From IMG/VR virus record IMGVR_UViG_3300029549_000273: a DNA stretch of 64,000 nucleotides; one strand, given 5' to 3'. This DNA is from a virus (taxonomy: Duplodnaviria > Heunggongvirae > Uroviricota > Caudoviricetes). This document shows positions 36,155 through 44,804 of the stretch, piece after piece. The notes under the pieces were generated by a model. The model did no database searches and was not told where the DNA came from. It saw nothing but the letters and a program-made list of their open reading frames with translations. The stretch's first letter is position 1; each line of letters opens with the position of its first letter. The position numbers and the translations under genes are program-made.

Positions 36155-37150
36155 TTAAGTCGCGTGGAGCTTCCACTCGCTCTTCTCGCGGTCCACCGTA
36201 TAGATGAATGGCAGCGTGCCAGCCATCTCCCAGTTGATATACTTGCTGGGTTCCTGCGTTGTGACGACGCGATTGATGACGATGTGGCCTTCCCTGTCGG
36301 ACTCGACATACTTGCCGTCACCGTCCTCGATAAAGGAGTTGACGCTGAAATCCTGACCGGAACGGTACTGCTTCAGCTCAATCGCCATCCAGATGACCTC
36401 ATGGAAGCCAGCCTTAGCGGCCTCAATGGTATCGGCAGCGAATTTGTACCCGTAGCAGCCATCGCCGTCTTCCAGCATGATGCTGTTCACATATTTCTGC
36501 TCTTCCGCATCCCACTCCTTCAGGAGCTTCTTGTAGTCCATCTTCTCGTAGGTAGGACGGATGATGCGAAGCACTGCTTCCTGCTCGTCCTTTGATAAGG
36601 GGCGCACTGCCTCTACACAGACATCACCGAGCCACAGAGATACCGTGAGGTATGGCTTTGCGAGCTTGGTGCAGTATTCGTCTACATCCGCATAGATGTT
36701 ACAGTAGGAATCGTTCTGCTCCGTTTCAAAAAAGGTTCCGAATAGTCGGTCCACATCGGAAATGCCTTCCAGCATGACGTTCCACGTCTGCGTTTCATCG
36801 TCAAATAGGAAAGCATCGTTATTATAACGGTCAACGCAGAAATCAGAGTCGGTGATTTCTGCTCCCATGAGCTTCAGGGAGTCGATTTTTGCCAGTGACT
36901 TTCCCTTCTCTTCCTCTGAGCTTTCAACGAGACGAAGAGATGACGTAAGGAAATTTGACCGCTTCTCGTCCTGAAACAGCACCTCTACCATCTGGAGGTA
37001 AGGCTTGGTCTTCAGAAGGGCCATGATTCTGCCCGTCTGGTTATGGCGCTTGTTGCCGGAGGTGATGACCTGTACGGCGTCGAACAGGTGAAGGTTGATG
37101 CCATTGACATCCTTTACTTCGCTCCACTTCGGCATGATTCTATTATTCAT
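36155..37150 (-). CDS. Hypothetical protein (331 aa)
   Basis: ORF with AAAAAGGAGAAATGAAACATG upstream. A terminator follows it. Confidence 0.5.
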   Translation of the reverse strand: MNNRIMPKWSEVKDVNGINLHLFDAVQVITSGNKRHNQTGRIMALLKTKPYLQMVEVLFQDEKRSNFLTSSLRLVESSEEEKGKSLAKIDSLKLMGAEITDSDFCVDRYNNDAFLFDDETQTWNVMLEGISDVDRLFGTFFETEQNDSYCNIYADVDEYCTKLAKPYLTVSLWLGDVCVEAVRPLSKDEQEAVLRIIRPTYEKMDYKKLLKEWDAEEQKYVNSIMLEDGDGCYGYKFAADTIEAAKAGFHEVIWMAIELKQYRSGQDFSVNSFIEDGDGKYVESDREGHIVINRVVTTQEPSKYINWEMAGTLPFIYTVDREKSEWKLHAT

Positions 37151-37167
37151 GTTTCATTTCTCCTTTT

Positions 37168-37581
37168 TTAAGTCCACATCAAATTTATGCCGCCAACCTG
37201 CTCCACACGCTCTGTGATTTTCTGCGCGTCCTTCATACCGGGAATCGCGAATCTTGCGTTCCAAGCACGAATCAAATCCGACAAGGTTTTATCCTTGACG
37301 GGCACGGCAAAATCACAGCAGAAGTTGTATAGGGGCTGGTCCAGCATTTCCTCGTACACATCTTCGGTTCCTTCCACAATACGAATCCGCTTGGCTGTAT
37401 CGTGGATGTTGATGCGTCCGAGGTAGAGATGTCCGTGCAGTTCCTTCAGAGCCTTCAGCTTTTCTCGGTTCAGGTCGTTCAGAACACTGTCGGCCTCCGG
37501 CAGATTCAAAATGCCGCCGACGGAACGGATATGCTCCATCTCGGCTTGCATAAGCTGGTCGATTTTTTCCTGTGCGTTCAT
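37168..37581 (-). CDS. Hypothetical protein (137 aa)
   Basis: The internal start MNAQEKI follows GAAAGGAGAAAAC. Confidence 0.45.
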   Translation of the reverse strand: MNAQEKIDQLMQAEMEHIRSVGGILNLPEADSVLNDLNREKLKALKELHGHLYLGRINIHDTAKRIRIVEGTEDVYEEMLDQPLYNFCCDFAVPVKDKTLSDLIRAWNARFAIPGMKDAQKITERVEQVGGINLMWT

Positions 37582-37594
37582 GTTTTCTCCTTTC

Positions 37595-37966
37595 TCAAGC
37601 TGCCATCTGGTACAGCCATGCTTCAAAGTCTTCATAGTCCATCAGCCGTCCATCCACCTCGACGAATCCAGGCTGCGTTGTGCCGCGAACAACGGAAAAG
37701 GAATCTCCGCCGCCACAGAAAACGCGAATGTTCGTTCTGGAGATGCTCTCGCAGCGCAAGAAATACGAGCCGAGGCGTTCCCAAATTCGGGACATCTCCT
37801 CGTCGGTCGCTTCCCAACTGCGGTTTTGGCTGGTACGGACCTTTGTTGCGGATACGGACAACTCAACCTGCTCCGTATCTTCCGGCAGCCCAAGCTCCGC
37901 GCAGACCTCTTTCCACTTTGTTTCGTCACCGAAACCCCTCTTAAACATCATTGCTTTCATGTTCAT
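37595..37966 (-). CDS. Hypothetical protein (123 aa); paralog of 11490..11912
   Basis: Shares the motif W.EVC.ELGLPEDTEQVELSVSATKVRT with 11490..11912. It is preceded by leader repeat copy F. Confidence 0.5.
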   Translation of the reverse strand: MNMKAMMFKRGFGDETKWKEVCAELGLPEDTEQVELSVSATKVRTSQNRSWEATDEEMSRIWERLGSYFLRCESISRTNIRVFCGGGDSFSVVRGTTQPGFVEVDGRLMDYEDFEAWLYQMAA

Positions 37967-37974
37967 TTCTCCTT

Positions 37975-38130
37975 TTTGTTTATGAATTTTTTATATATAA
38001 AAGCCAGCATCCGCAACGGACGCTGACTGAACTTTCTTTGTGTTTGAGATACTTCCTTTGTATGCTCTGAGCATACCGGCAAATATGGAAACACGCCTAT
38101 TTTAATGTTGGGAACCTGAGAACCGAAGAA
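37975..38130. repeat. Conserved intergenic leader module, copy F
   Basis: Contains tatatataaaagccagcatccgcaacggacgctgactgaactttctttgtgtttgagatacttcctttgtatgctctgagcataccggc...gggaacctgagaaccgaagaatac. Confidence 0.6.
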
Positions 38131-38207
38131 TACATATCGTCACGCGCAATGTCCGCTTCACGCTGGCGGAACTGCTCGATTGGATTTAAGAAACGGAGAA
38201 TAGCAAA

Positions 38208-38233
38208 AAAACGCCGCCCATCTGGGCGGCGTT
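38208..38233 (-). terminator. Rho-independent terminator after the sigma-factor gene
   Basis: The hairpin AACGCCGCCCagatGGGCGGCGTT is followed by TTTTTTGC. Confidence 0.55.
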
Positions 38234-38235
38234 TC

Positions 38236-39347
38236 TTATTCAAGAAAGTCCTGAAGCATCTTCCCTGCCTTTCCGTTGCGTAGCTTATCGAGTGTTTTAT
38301 CTGTAACCTGACGGACACGCTCTCGCGTTAAGTCCATTTCGTCCCCGATTTCTTTGAGGGTATAAGCACAACCATCCTCCAATCCGAATCGTAAGCGAAG
38401 CACACAGGCGTCTCGTGCGGGCATATCGTGCAGGATTTTGTCCATCGTTTCCCATAGTGCCTTCCCTGACGTTGAAATTTCCGGGTTATCCCACTCGTTA
38501 TGGCTTGGGATGAATTCCGAAAGCGGTGTGTTGGAATCGCTTGCGGCGTCCGAATTGACGGGCGCATCCAACGAGTCCGGCTTCCGGTACTGGAGCGAGT
38601 GTTGGATGATGCGCAGTTTTTTCTGCTGCTCCCTTTTTGAAAGGGAATCCCACGCATCCCCCTCCATGTATTTTGCGATTTCTAAAGGGTCATCACAAGG
38701 TAAGCCTTTTTGCTGCATTTGTTCTTTTGCATTATTGACGCTCCGCCTGCCCTCCGCAACATAGATGGGCTTGCGAATGGCTGGGTCCGTCGTGGCAAGC
38801 GCTCTTGTGATGTTTTGCCTTATCCAGAAGGTTGCGTAGGTGGAAAACTTCACATTCCTCGAAATGTCAAAAGAGTCGATGGAACGCATGAGGCCAATGT
38901 TGCCCTCCTGAATGAGGTCCATGAACACCATAGAATCGGCTGAGTTTATATATTTCTTTGCGATGGACACAACAAGCCGAAGATTGCCCTCAACAACCTT
39001 ATCTTTCGCCCGTCTTCCTGCTTCTATGGCCTTCATCAGGTCTTTCTTGATTTCGGGGTCAACTGCATTCCCGCTCTCCTCGGCAATTACCCGCAGCGTT
39101 TCGAGCTGTTCGGCAGCGGCATTCCCCTTCTGCACTTTTTCAATACAGCGATTCGCTTCCACCTGCGGCATAATGGGAATACTGCCAATTTGGCTGAGAT
39201 ACATCGCCACATGGTCGCCGATATTTCCCGGCTGCTTCGCTTCGGTCTCCTGTTCATTCGAAGCTGCGATTTCTTCTGTTTCAGGCTGCCTTTCAATGGC
39301 TTCATAGGCAAGCGCACGGTCAGCGGCTAAATTACTGGTATTCGTGA
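38236..39347 (-). CDS. sigA: RNA polymerase sigma factor, sigma-70 family (RpoD/SigA-like), about 370 aa, probable GTG start
   Basis: Region 1.2 is VAMYLSQIG. Region 2 is NLRLVVSIAKKYINSADSMVFMDLIQEGNIGLMRSIDSFDISRNVKFSTYATFWIRQNITRAL. Region 4 is YTLKEIGDEMDLTRERVRQVTDKTLDKLRN. The ATG of the listed ORF sits inside the promoter, so the start was moved to the in-frame GTG at 39347. Confidence 0.7.
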
Positions 39348-39379
39348 TGTCAACCACCCCCCCTTCATTGAATGCAGCA

Positions 39380-39408
39380 ATTATACCACACAATAGCTTA
39401 CTTGTCAA
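39380..39408 (-). promoter_or_regulatory. Consensus promoter TTGACA-N17-TGgTATAAT for the sigma-factor gene
   Basis: The reverse complement reads gaTTGACAagtaagctattgtgtggTATAATtg. Confidence 0.5.
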
Positions 39409-39456
39409 TCAAAAGGCCGCCAGCGATGTGCTGACGGCCTTCCAGGATGGGAGAGA

Positions 39457-39960
39457 CTATTTTTGCTGTTGTGCTCGGAGTTGCTCCACCTCCGCCCTCC
39501 AGCGCGGTGTGGCCGTACTGATTGCCTCAACGGTACTTGGCGTGGTGGAGAGAGCCAGAATATCGGCTTTCGTCTTCACTCCTTCCAGACGGCGACACAT
39601 CTCCTCGTAGGTCGTGCTGTTGTCTGCCGTAATCCAACAACCGCAGATGTCGTTTGAGCCGTCCTCGTTGTGCCGGCTGGCGGTAGTGGGAATCTCAATG
39701 CACCAGAGGGCGAACTCGGAATATTCGGTGCTGCGGAATACATCCTGCACAAAGGGGTTTGTTTTCTTGAGCTGCTCCACAAGAGGACGCACGCAGTTTT
39801 TTTCCTGTTCATCCCTCCTTTGCGCAAGCCATATATTTTGCAATTCGAGAAAATGCGTTTCCTCGCCGCTTAATCTTTTTCCGTCAACTGCCTTCTGAAT
39901 GAGGTGTTCTCCCCGTTCCAAAAGCTCTTCAATCGTTGGGAACTTACCGTTTTCAAACAT
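39457..39960 (-). CDS. Hypothetical protein (167 aa)
   Basis: ORF with a ribosome-binding site. Confidence 0.45.
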   Translation of the reverse strand: MFENGKFPTIEELLERGEHLIQKAVDGKRLSGEETHFLELQNIWLAQRRDEQEKNCVRPLVEQLKKTNPFVQDVFRSTEYSEFALWCIEIPTTASRHNEDGSNDICGCWITADNSTTYEEMCRRLEGVKTKADILALSTTPSTVEAISTATPRWRAEVEQLRAQQQK

Positions 39961-39965
39961 TGATA

Positions 39966-40493
39966 TTACACCTCCGAAATTTCGATTCCGTACTTTTCCA
40001 ACATGAGTTTGCGTTTCATGAGATACTTTTCGGTTCGTTTTCCCTTCGCGTCTTCCACGATGCGTTTACCGTTGCGAAGGTATACGAAATCTGCCTTGTA
40101 GACCATTGGTCGAACCCGCTTGCCATTTGGCCGTGTATAGCCCTCGACCAGCGTGAAGTCCTGCTGGAGCCGCAGGTCCTGGATTGCACCGCCCTTGTAC
40201 TGCAAATAAAGTTCATCGAAGCGGCGTGCCTCCCGCTTGCTGGGGAATTTCACGGTTTCTCCATCCACCACGCGGAAAACCTTTACATTGCGATATTTGG
40301 ATGGCTCAGCAGAGTCCGCTTCTTTCGGCTGTTTTTGCCTTTTCTGTGCTTCCGACTGTTTTTTTGTTCGCTGCTGGTTCTGTTCGCGCTTCTGCTCGTC
40401 GAGCTTTGCACGCACCTGAATCTGTGCGGAAAGCGGCAGGCTATTGATGTCAATACCCACCTTCAGTTCCTCCGCCTGTTTGTGGCGCAGCAT
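39966..40493 (-). CDS. DUF1064-like (phage-associated putative PD-(D/E)XK nuclease) protein with a Lys/Gln-rich N-terminus
   Basis: The pattern FPSKREARRFDELYL...Q..F.L..........YKADFVY....K.VEDAKG.RT was matched from memory of the DUF1064 family. Confidence 0.35.
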   Translation of the reverse strand: MLRHKQAEELKVGIDINSLPLSAQIQVRAKLDEQKREQNQQRTKKQSEAQKRQKQPKEADSAEPSKYRNVKVFRVVDGETVKFPSKREARRFDELYLQYKGGAIQDLRLQQDFTLVEGYTRPNGKRVRPMVYKADFVYLRNGKRIVEDAKGKRTEKYLMKRKLMLEKYGIEISEV

Positions 40494-40836
40494 TTTGGTT
40501 GCTTCCTTCTCGCAGCAGAATCAAATTCATGACCCTCCATACCGTCCAGATACACAGATGGCGAACTATGCTTCTGCTGGTGCCGTGCAGGTCGGCGATT
40601 TGCGAAAACGTCATTCTGTCACGAAAATACTTTTGGACGATATCGCGGTTTCGCTCAGGAAGTGTGTCCAGCGCTTCATCGAACATCTCGTTAAAGCCCG
40701 GTGTAAATGAAATTTGATTCTTACCCCAGGCTGAAATTTGATTTTTACACCAGGCAAAGGATGTATCGTACATAATGGCCGCCTTCCGCCACTCCTCCGG
40801 GGCGAACTCAGGCTGGTTAATCTTGTCTGTCTTCAT
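40450..40836 (-). CDS. Small sigma-70 region-4-like helix-turn-helix protein (128 aa)
   Basis: The internal start MKTDKIN follows GGAGGTG. The helix-turn-helix motif is LPERNRDIVQKYFRDRMTFSQIADLHGTSRSIVRHL. A tandem 24-bp duplication produces a KNQIS repeat. Confidence 0.5.
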   Translation of the reverse strand: MKTDKINQPEFAPEEWRKAAIMYDTSFAWCKNQISAWGKNQISFTPGFNEMFDEALDTLPERNRDIVQKYFRDRMTFSQIADLHGTSRSIVRHLCIWTVWRVMNLILLREGSNQNAAPQTGGGTEGGY

Positions 40837-42079
40837 GGTCAGCACCTCCGTCCATCTTGGCCCCGCAATCCTCGCAGTATTTTTTGGTAGGCTTGTCCCA
40901 ACTGCCCTCAGTGGTAATGACAAAGCCGCACGCAGGGCAACACCACTCGTCCCCGCCAAGATGCGCCCAGCGGGTGTGCATTACCGGGGCCACGTCAGTG
41001 GCGGGAAAATCTCTTCGTGAGCTGCGCCACAGCATGAGCAGCATCTCGCTGACCGGTCTGGTTCGGTCCTTCCTCACGGCTTTCCTCACGCATCGCAGAT
41101 GCCCGCCGTCCGGGCAAAGCACACCGACGCCGTATGGGACAGTATCCTTCACCGCTTCGAAGACGTCTGCGGGCATAACGTAGTAGTTGTAGTCCGCGAT
41201 GAAGTTGTGCCCGTTAGGAGATTTGAAATCCTCCACAGAGGACTTGACCTCGTAGGCGTAGAAGTCCCCCTTCTCAATGCCGGAGGTCGAATTGTTGAGC
41301 GGCTGAAAGCGCATATAGTCCACGCGGATTTTGTGGTTCGTAGAGTAGTCGAATGTGACCTCTCTCGCCCAGTAGATGCGTGGGTCGTTGCGCGGGTCGA
41401 TGTATCGCTCCAGCATGGCAGAGAGCTGGCGAGTGTGTTCCTTCCGGGTGAAGGCATCACTCGTTTCCGGACAGAATTGAGCTGGCTTTCCAAGGATGAA
41501 ATGGAACGGCAGAGCCTTTTCCAGTACGTCGATAATATTCTGAAGGGTCCCCTGCCCGCATTGGCGCAGATTCTTCAGTTTGCCGCTCTCTATCAGTCGA
41601 ACAACATCGCCGATACTTTGGGCACCACTGAACATAAGGCAGTTCTTGGTGCGAGTCGAGAAATTGAGGCACTGAAACGGAACAGAATCGCACAACTCCT
41701 CGATTTTTTTCCAGTTGCCATTCTCAATGGCCTCCTTCAAAGCAGAGGCGAGAGGGCTGCCTGCAAACCGGCGCATTTCTTTCAGGATACCCCCCGCATA
41801 TTTGGGGTGACGCAGCCTCCTTATGGCGAGGTCGAAGCAAGAGTAGAACTTGCCGATGTCAATTTCCAGTGCGTTTGCGCATTGTGTTGGTGTAAGACCG
41901 TCGCGGTAGCGTTTTAAGATAGCTTCCCGCTCCAACTCAGGGAATGTGGCGATGGCAGCGTCTACAGCTGCGTCGAAAGAGTCAGAGAACTCAGCACACG
42001 GCATACACAAGCAATCCTGCATCAAATTCTTTCGCCATTCTACTGACGAGCGAAGCAGGAAACGCTCCTCAGTGTTCAT
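40817..42079 (-). CDS. Multi-domain protein: sigma-r4-like helix-turn-helix, RNA-polymerase-alpha-CTD-like helix-hairpin-helix, and a C-terminal zinc ribbon
   Basis: The helix-turn-helix is AILKRYRDGLTPTQCANALEIDIGKFY. The helix-hairpin-helix is FSTRTKNCLMFSGAQSIGDVV...GQGTLQNIIDVL. The C-terminus is CPACG...CEDCG. Confidence 0.5.
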   Translation of the reverse strand: MNTEERFLLRSSVEWRKNLMQDCLCMPCAEFSDSFDAAVDAAIATFPELEREAILKRYRDGLTPTQCANALEIDIGKFYSCFDLAIRRLRHPKYAGGILKEMRRFAGSPLASALKEAIENGNWKKIEELCDSVPFQCLNFSTRTKNCLMFSGAQSIGDVVRLIESGKLKNLRQCGQGTLQNIIDVLEKALPFHFILGKPAQFCPETSDAFTRKEHTRQLSAMLERYIDPRNDPRIYWAREVTFDYSTNHKIRVDYMRFQPLNNSTSGIEKGDFYAYEVKSSVEDFKSPNGHNFIADYNYYVMPADVFEAVKDTVPYGVGVLCPDGGHLRCVRKAVRKDRTRPVSEMLLMLWRSSRRDFPATDVAPVMHTRWAHLGGDEWCCPACGFVITTEGSWDKPTKKYCEDCGAKMDGGADHEDRQD

Positions 42080-42291
42080 TCCGCTCCAACCTCCTCGTCA
42101 TACTCTTCCGGGGTGATGATTTCTATGTCTTCCGCACTGTAGCCCAGTGCGTCAAGACACAGAAGTTCCGCGACCTTCTCTTTGTTGATGGATGCAGCAA
42201 TTTCCTCGTATGAGATATCCCTCTCTGCCGCCTCAAAGCTCAGCTGTACCACAAATGTGGGCAGCCGAAAACAAACTCTGTAATTTGCCAT
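42076..42291 (-). CDS. Hypothetical small acidic protein (71 aa)
   Basis: ORF with AAGGAGGGATTCAAAAAATG upstream. Confidence 0.4.
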   Translation of the reverse strand: MANYRVCFRLPTFVVQLSFEAAERDISYEEIAASINKEKVAELLCLDALGYSAEDIEIITPEEYDEEVGAE

Positions 42292-42306
42292 TTTTTGAAT
42301 CCCTCC

Positions 42307-42804
42307 TTAAAAATCGTGGACGTACTGCCAACTCTGCGGTGCTCTCGCAAGTGCGAAGCAGTCGAGGCTCTTGGGCCGGTCATAGGTCTGCACATCAGAG
42401 ATGTGCCATCCGTATCCCACGCGGCCACAGAGGTAGTCCTCTGCTTGCTTCACGGTGAGGCAGGCGTCCTCATACAGTTTCCCCGCTGGGGTGTAGTTTC
42501 CAGGTTGTGCGTTGACACAGTATTGAAGCGGCGCGTTGCTGCCCATATAGCCCACGCGCACCACACGGTCAATTTCGGTACAGGTAAACTCCCCTACCAC
42601 AAGACCGTTTGCCTTGTAGATTTTGCCGCCGCTATGGATTTCAAGAATTTCACCGGGCTTCTTTGTACCCTTGCAGGAGCAGTAGAGAAATACCATGAAG
42701 GGCGGCGTAAGGTTCGGTCTGGACAGGCGCAGCTCCACGGTCTTCTGGCCCGACAGGATTTTCTGGAGCCACTCAGGTCGGATGCTGAGCATGATGTTTT
42801 TCAT
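42307..42804 (-). CDS. ASCH-domain protein
   Basis: The internal start MKNIMLSIRPEWLQKILSGQKTVELR is the typical ASCH N-terminus. A ribosome-binding site GAAAGGAG precedes it. Confidence 0.55.
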   Translation of the reverse strand: MKNIMLSIRPEWLQKILSGQKTVELRLSRPNLTPPFMVFLYCSCKGTKKPGEILEIHSGGKIYKANGLVVGEFTCTEIDRVVRVGYMGSNAPLQYCVNAQPGNYTPAGKLYEDACLTVKQAEDYLCGRVGYGWHISDVQTYDRPKSLDCFALARAPQSWQYVHDF

Positions 42805-42959
42805 AGGAAAACTCCTTTCCGACGGCAAAAGCCGCCTTGTCTTGCTTGACAAAGCGGCTTGCTGGTGTATAATAAAAGCAGAAAGGCGATACCGATAAGC
42901 GGTCAGCCTAAGAGAATAGAGTCAAACGAAATGACCGTCTTCCTTTGGCGAGGGGCGGT

Positions 42960-43052
42960 CATTTTCGTTTGCAAATCTGAACTATCAGACCCACAAGGCC
43001 GATGATAACAAGAGAATACGCAAAAAGCGATTCGTAAGTAACCATTGGCATC
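42960..43052 (-). CDS. Small hydrophobic peptide (31 aa), candidate type I toxin-like
   Basis: The sequence MPMVTYESLFAYSLVIIGLVGLIVQICKRK follows GGAGGGAGGTG. A hairpin ATGACCG...CGGTCAT plus a U-run follows it. A convergent plus-strand promoter lies at 42852-42880. Confidence 0.3.
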
Positions 43053-43187
43053 ACCTCCCTCCACAGGGAAGTGCCGACCGCCTACCGTATATGGTAACGC
43101 CTTTCTGGCTCCTTTTGGAGCATTGTTATCTTACCAAAAAGGCCCCGCTTTGTCAATTTCCACCGCCCACGGTTTATCCGCAGGTGG

Positions 43188-44582
43188 TTATTTTTTTGCC
43201 TCGGCTGCTGCATGGGGAAGCCGCACCCAGCCGCCCTTATGACGAACAAGCTGGATTTTCTTCATGCTGACCATAAGCGGCTTTCCATCCGTGAGTAGGC
43301 TTAATGCCCTGCCATAGCTGGAGCAGCCCTTGGAAACGTATTTGCGATTGCCGTAGACCACGATATCTCCCGGCTGCATGGCATATCTCTGCTTTCTGGT
43401 CGAGGTTCGGCCCTTTGACTTCTTACAGCCACGGAACCGGCGCAGATTTTCGCCGTCAAGGTTATGATTGCGGTTCGTCCTGCCGGAGGACAGCTCGTTG
43501 CCAGAACGGATAACTCCCTTTTCCCGTGTGTCGTAATATTTGGCGTCATAGAATTTGGATAGGACTCTGTTGTTTCGCCTGTATTTCTGGAAGACCTCTG
43601 TTTCGCATCTGGCTTCCGGACGCAGCTCGCCCATGCAGTAGGCATCCGTAGCGCAGGAATACGGGAGGCCGAGGTTGGTGCGGACGCGCTTGGAGATGAC
43701 GCCATAGGTCATGTGTACTTCCGCAACACCCTGGAAGCGAGCCATCGCACGCTGATAGAGAATCCAGCGCACGCTATTCATAAACGCTTCGCCGGTATAT
43801 TTCCGCAGAGGCTTATCGAAGCCCCACAGCTTCCCGCCCTCCTTGTGATTGGCAGGTGTGTTGCACTTCTCGCAGCAGGTCGCAAGCTCCCTCATGCTGT
43901 TCCCATGCAGACCCTTCCAGTAGTAGGCGTGATGGACATGAAGGATAGCGCCGTCTTTCAGGCCTCTCTTGCAATACACACAGGTATAGTGGTCCCGTTC
44001 AAAGACCGCTTCCCGCAGCGTATCGTAGCCGTACTGCGGTCCATGCTGATAGTCCTTGCCCTGCGGGACAGGTTCCCCTGCCTCCAGCGCCGCAAGGAGC
44101 TGTGTATCGTATGTCGCGGCCTTGATAAAGACATCCGTGACAGGCATGACAGACAGATAACGGGAGATAATATCCAGGTGCCGCTCCACCTTGTTGTCCA
44201 GAGACGGAGCAATCCAACCGGGCTTTTTGCCTGATACACGGTTATTGAACCGTGCAGCCCGATACCGCAGGCGGTTTCTGCGCGTCCGGCGGTACGCTCG
44301 GCAGTCGTCATGGCGAGAGCGCTCGTTCGTGAGCATATCATATTGCTGCGATACGACCTCTTTTGCCTTTGTCTTAATGCTGACGCCGATATGCTCATAT
44401 CCGGTGCCGACGCACATTTCGATGGGCTGGGTATAGGTACTGGTATCGTAGGTCAGCTGGATGGTGAACGGGTTCCGCTTCGCAATCACAGCGCGGCCAT
44501 CCTTCAACAGATGGCGCACTTTGCCGTAATTTTCGGTCGGCATCAGCCGTTCACCGTTTGCACTTAAAACACATACTGGCAT
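43188..44582 (-). CDS. iscB: IscB-family (OMEGA-type) RRXRR/HNH protein with apparently degenerate RuvC catalytic residues
   Basis: The N-terminus MPVCVLSANGERLMPTENYGKVRHLLKDGRAVIAKRNPFTIQLTY is a PLMP/RRXRR domain. The arginine-rich bridge helix is RAYRRTRRNRLRYRAARFNNR. The HNH motif is CVYCKRG...HVHHAYYWKG...CCEKCN. The IscB-like C-terminus is GDIVVYGNRKYVSKGCSSYGRALSLLTDGKP. Aligned against an IscB sequence recalled from memory, the RuvC-I Asp is Gly, the RuvC-II Glu is Lys, and the RuvC-III His is Cys. Confidence 0.6.
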   Translation of the reverse strand: MPVCVLSANGERLMPTENYGKVRHLLKDGRAVIAKRNPFTIQLTYDTSTYTQPIEMCVGTGYEHIGVSIKTKAKEVVSQQYDMLTNERSRHDDCRAYRRTRRNRLRYRAARFNNRVSGKKPGWIAPSLDNKVERHLDIISRYLSVMPVTDVFIKAATYDTQLLAALEAGEPVPQGKDYQHGPQYGYDTLREAVFERDHYTCVYCKRGLKDGAILHVHHAYYWKGLHGNSMRELATCCEKCNTPANHKEGGKLWGFDKPLRKYTGEAFMNSVRWILYQRAMARFQGVAEVHMTYGVISKRVRTNLGLPYSCATDAYCMGELRPEARCETEVFQKYRRNNRVLSKFYDAKYYDTREKGVIRSGNELSSGRTNRNHNLDGENLRRFRGCKKSKGRTSTRKQRYAMQPGDIVVYGNRKYVSKGCSSYGRALSLLTDGKPLMVSMKKIQLVRHKGGWVRLPHAAAEAKK

Positions 44583-44616
44583 CTTATTTTTTCCTTTCAC
44601 GCTGCGGGTGCAGTTT

Positions 44617-44775
44617 CCTGTCATTCGGTGGGGGACGTCAACTGCGTGATGCTCCGTTTGCGGGGGGGGCTGCGGTATAGCTACCTGTCATTTGGTGGGG
44701 GACGTCAACCTGTCAATCCGGATTGCAATTTAATCGTACGGTATAGCTCCCTGTCATTTGGTGGGGGACGTCAAC
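44617..44775 (-). repeat. CRISPR-like mini-array of three 26-bp direct repeats with 41- and 40-nt unique spacers, abutting and overlapping the iscB start
   Basis: The repeat CCTGTCAT(T/C)TGGTGGGGGACGTCAAC is at 44617-44642, 44684-44709 and 44750-44775. The spacers share only a terminal cggtatagct. No cas1/cas2 is present. Confidence 0.45.
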
Positions 44776-44804
44776 TGAAGTTGAGTTTGCCGAGTATATT
44801 CCAA

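Noticed and set aside
11925-38130. Interpreting the repeated intergenic modules as integron attC sites of a cassette array
   Set aside because: One copy sits 5' of a gene next to a divergent promoter rather than 3' of a cassette. No intI or attI is present. No R''/R' GTTRRRY cores were found. The elements carry terminator-like and ribosome-binding-site-proximal features more consistent with leaders.
40700-40745. Tandem 24-bp duplication (aaatttgattcttaccccaggc and aaatttgatttttacaccaggc)
   Set aside because: It simply encodes an in-frame KNQIS(A/F) repeat inside the sigma-r4-like gene. It is probably a slippage duplication of no obvious significance.
44617-44775. Calling the three-repeat unit a canonical CRISPR array
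   Set aside because: It has only three repeats, no cas1/cas2 nearby, and the spacer ends are partly conserved. I reported it as a CRISPR-like mini-array linked to iscB instead.
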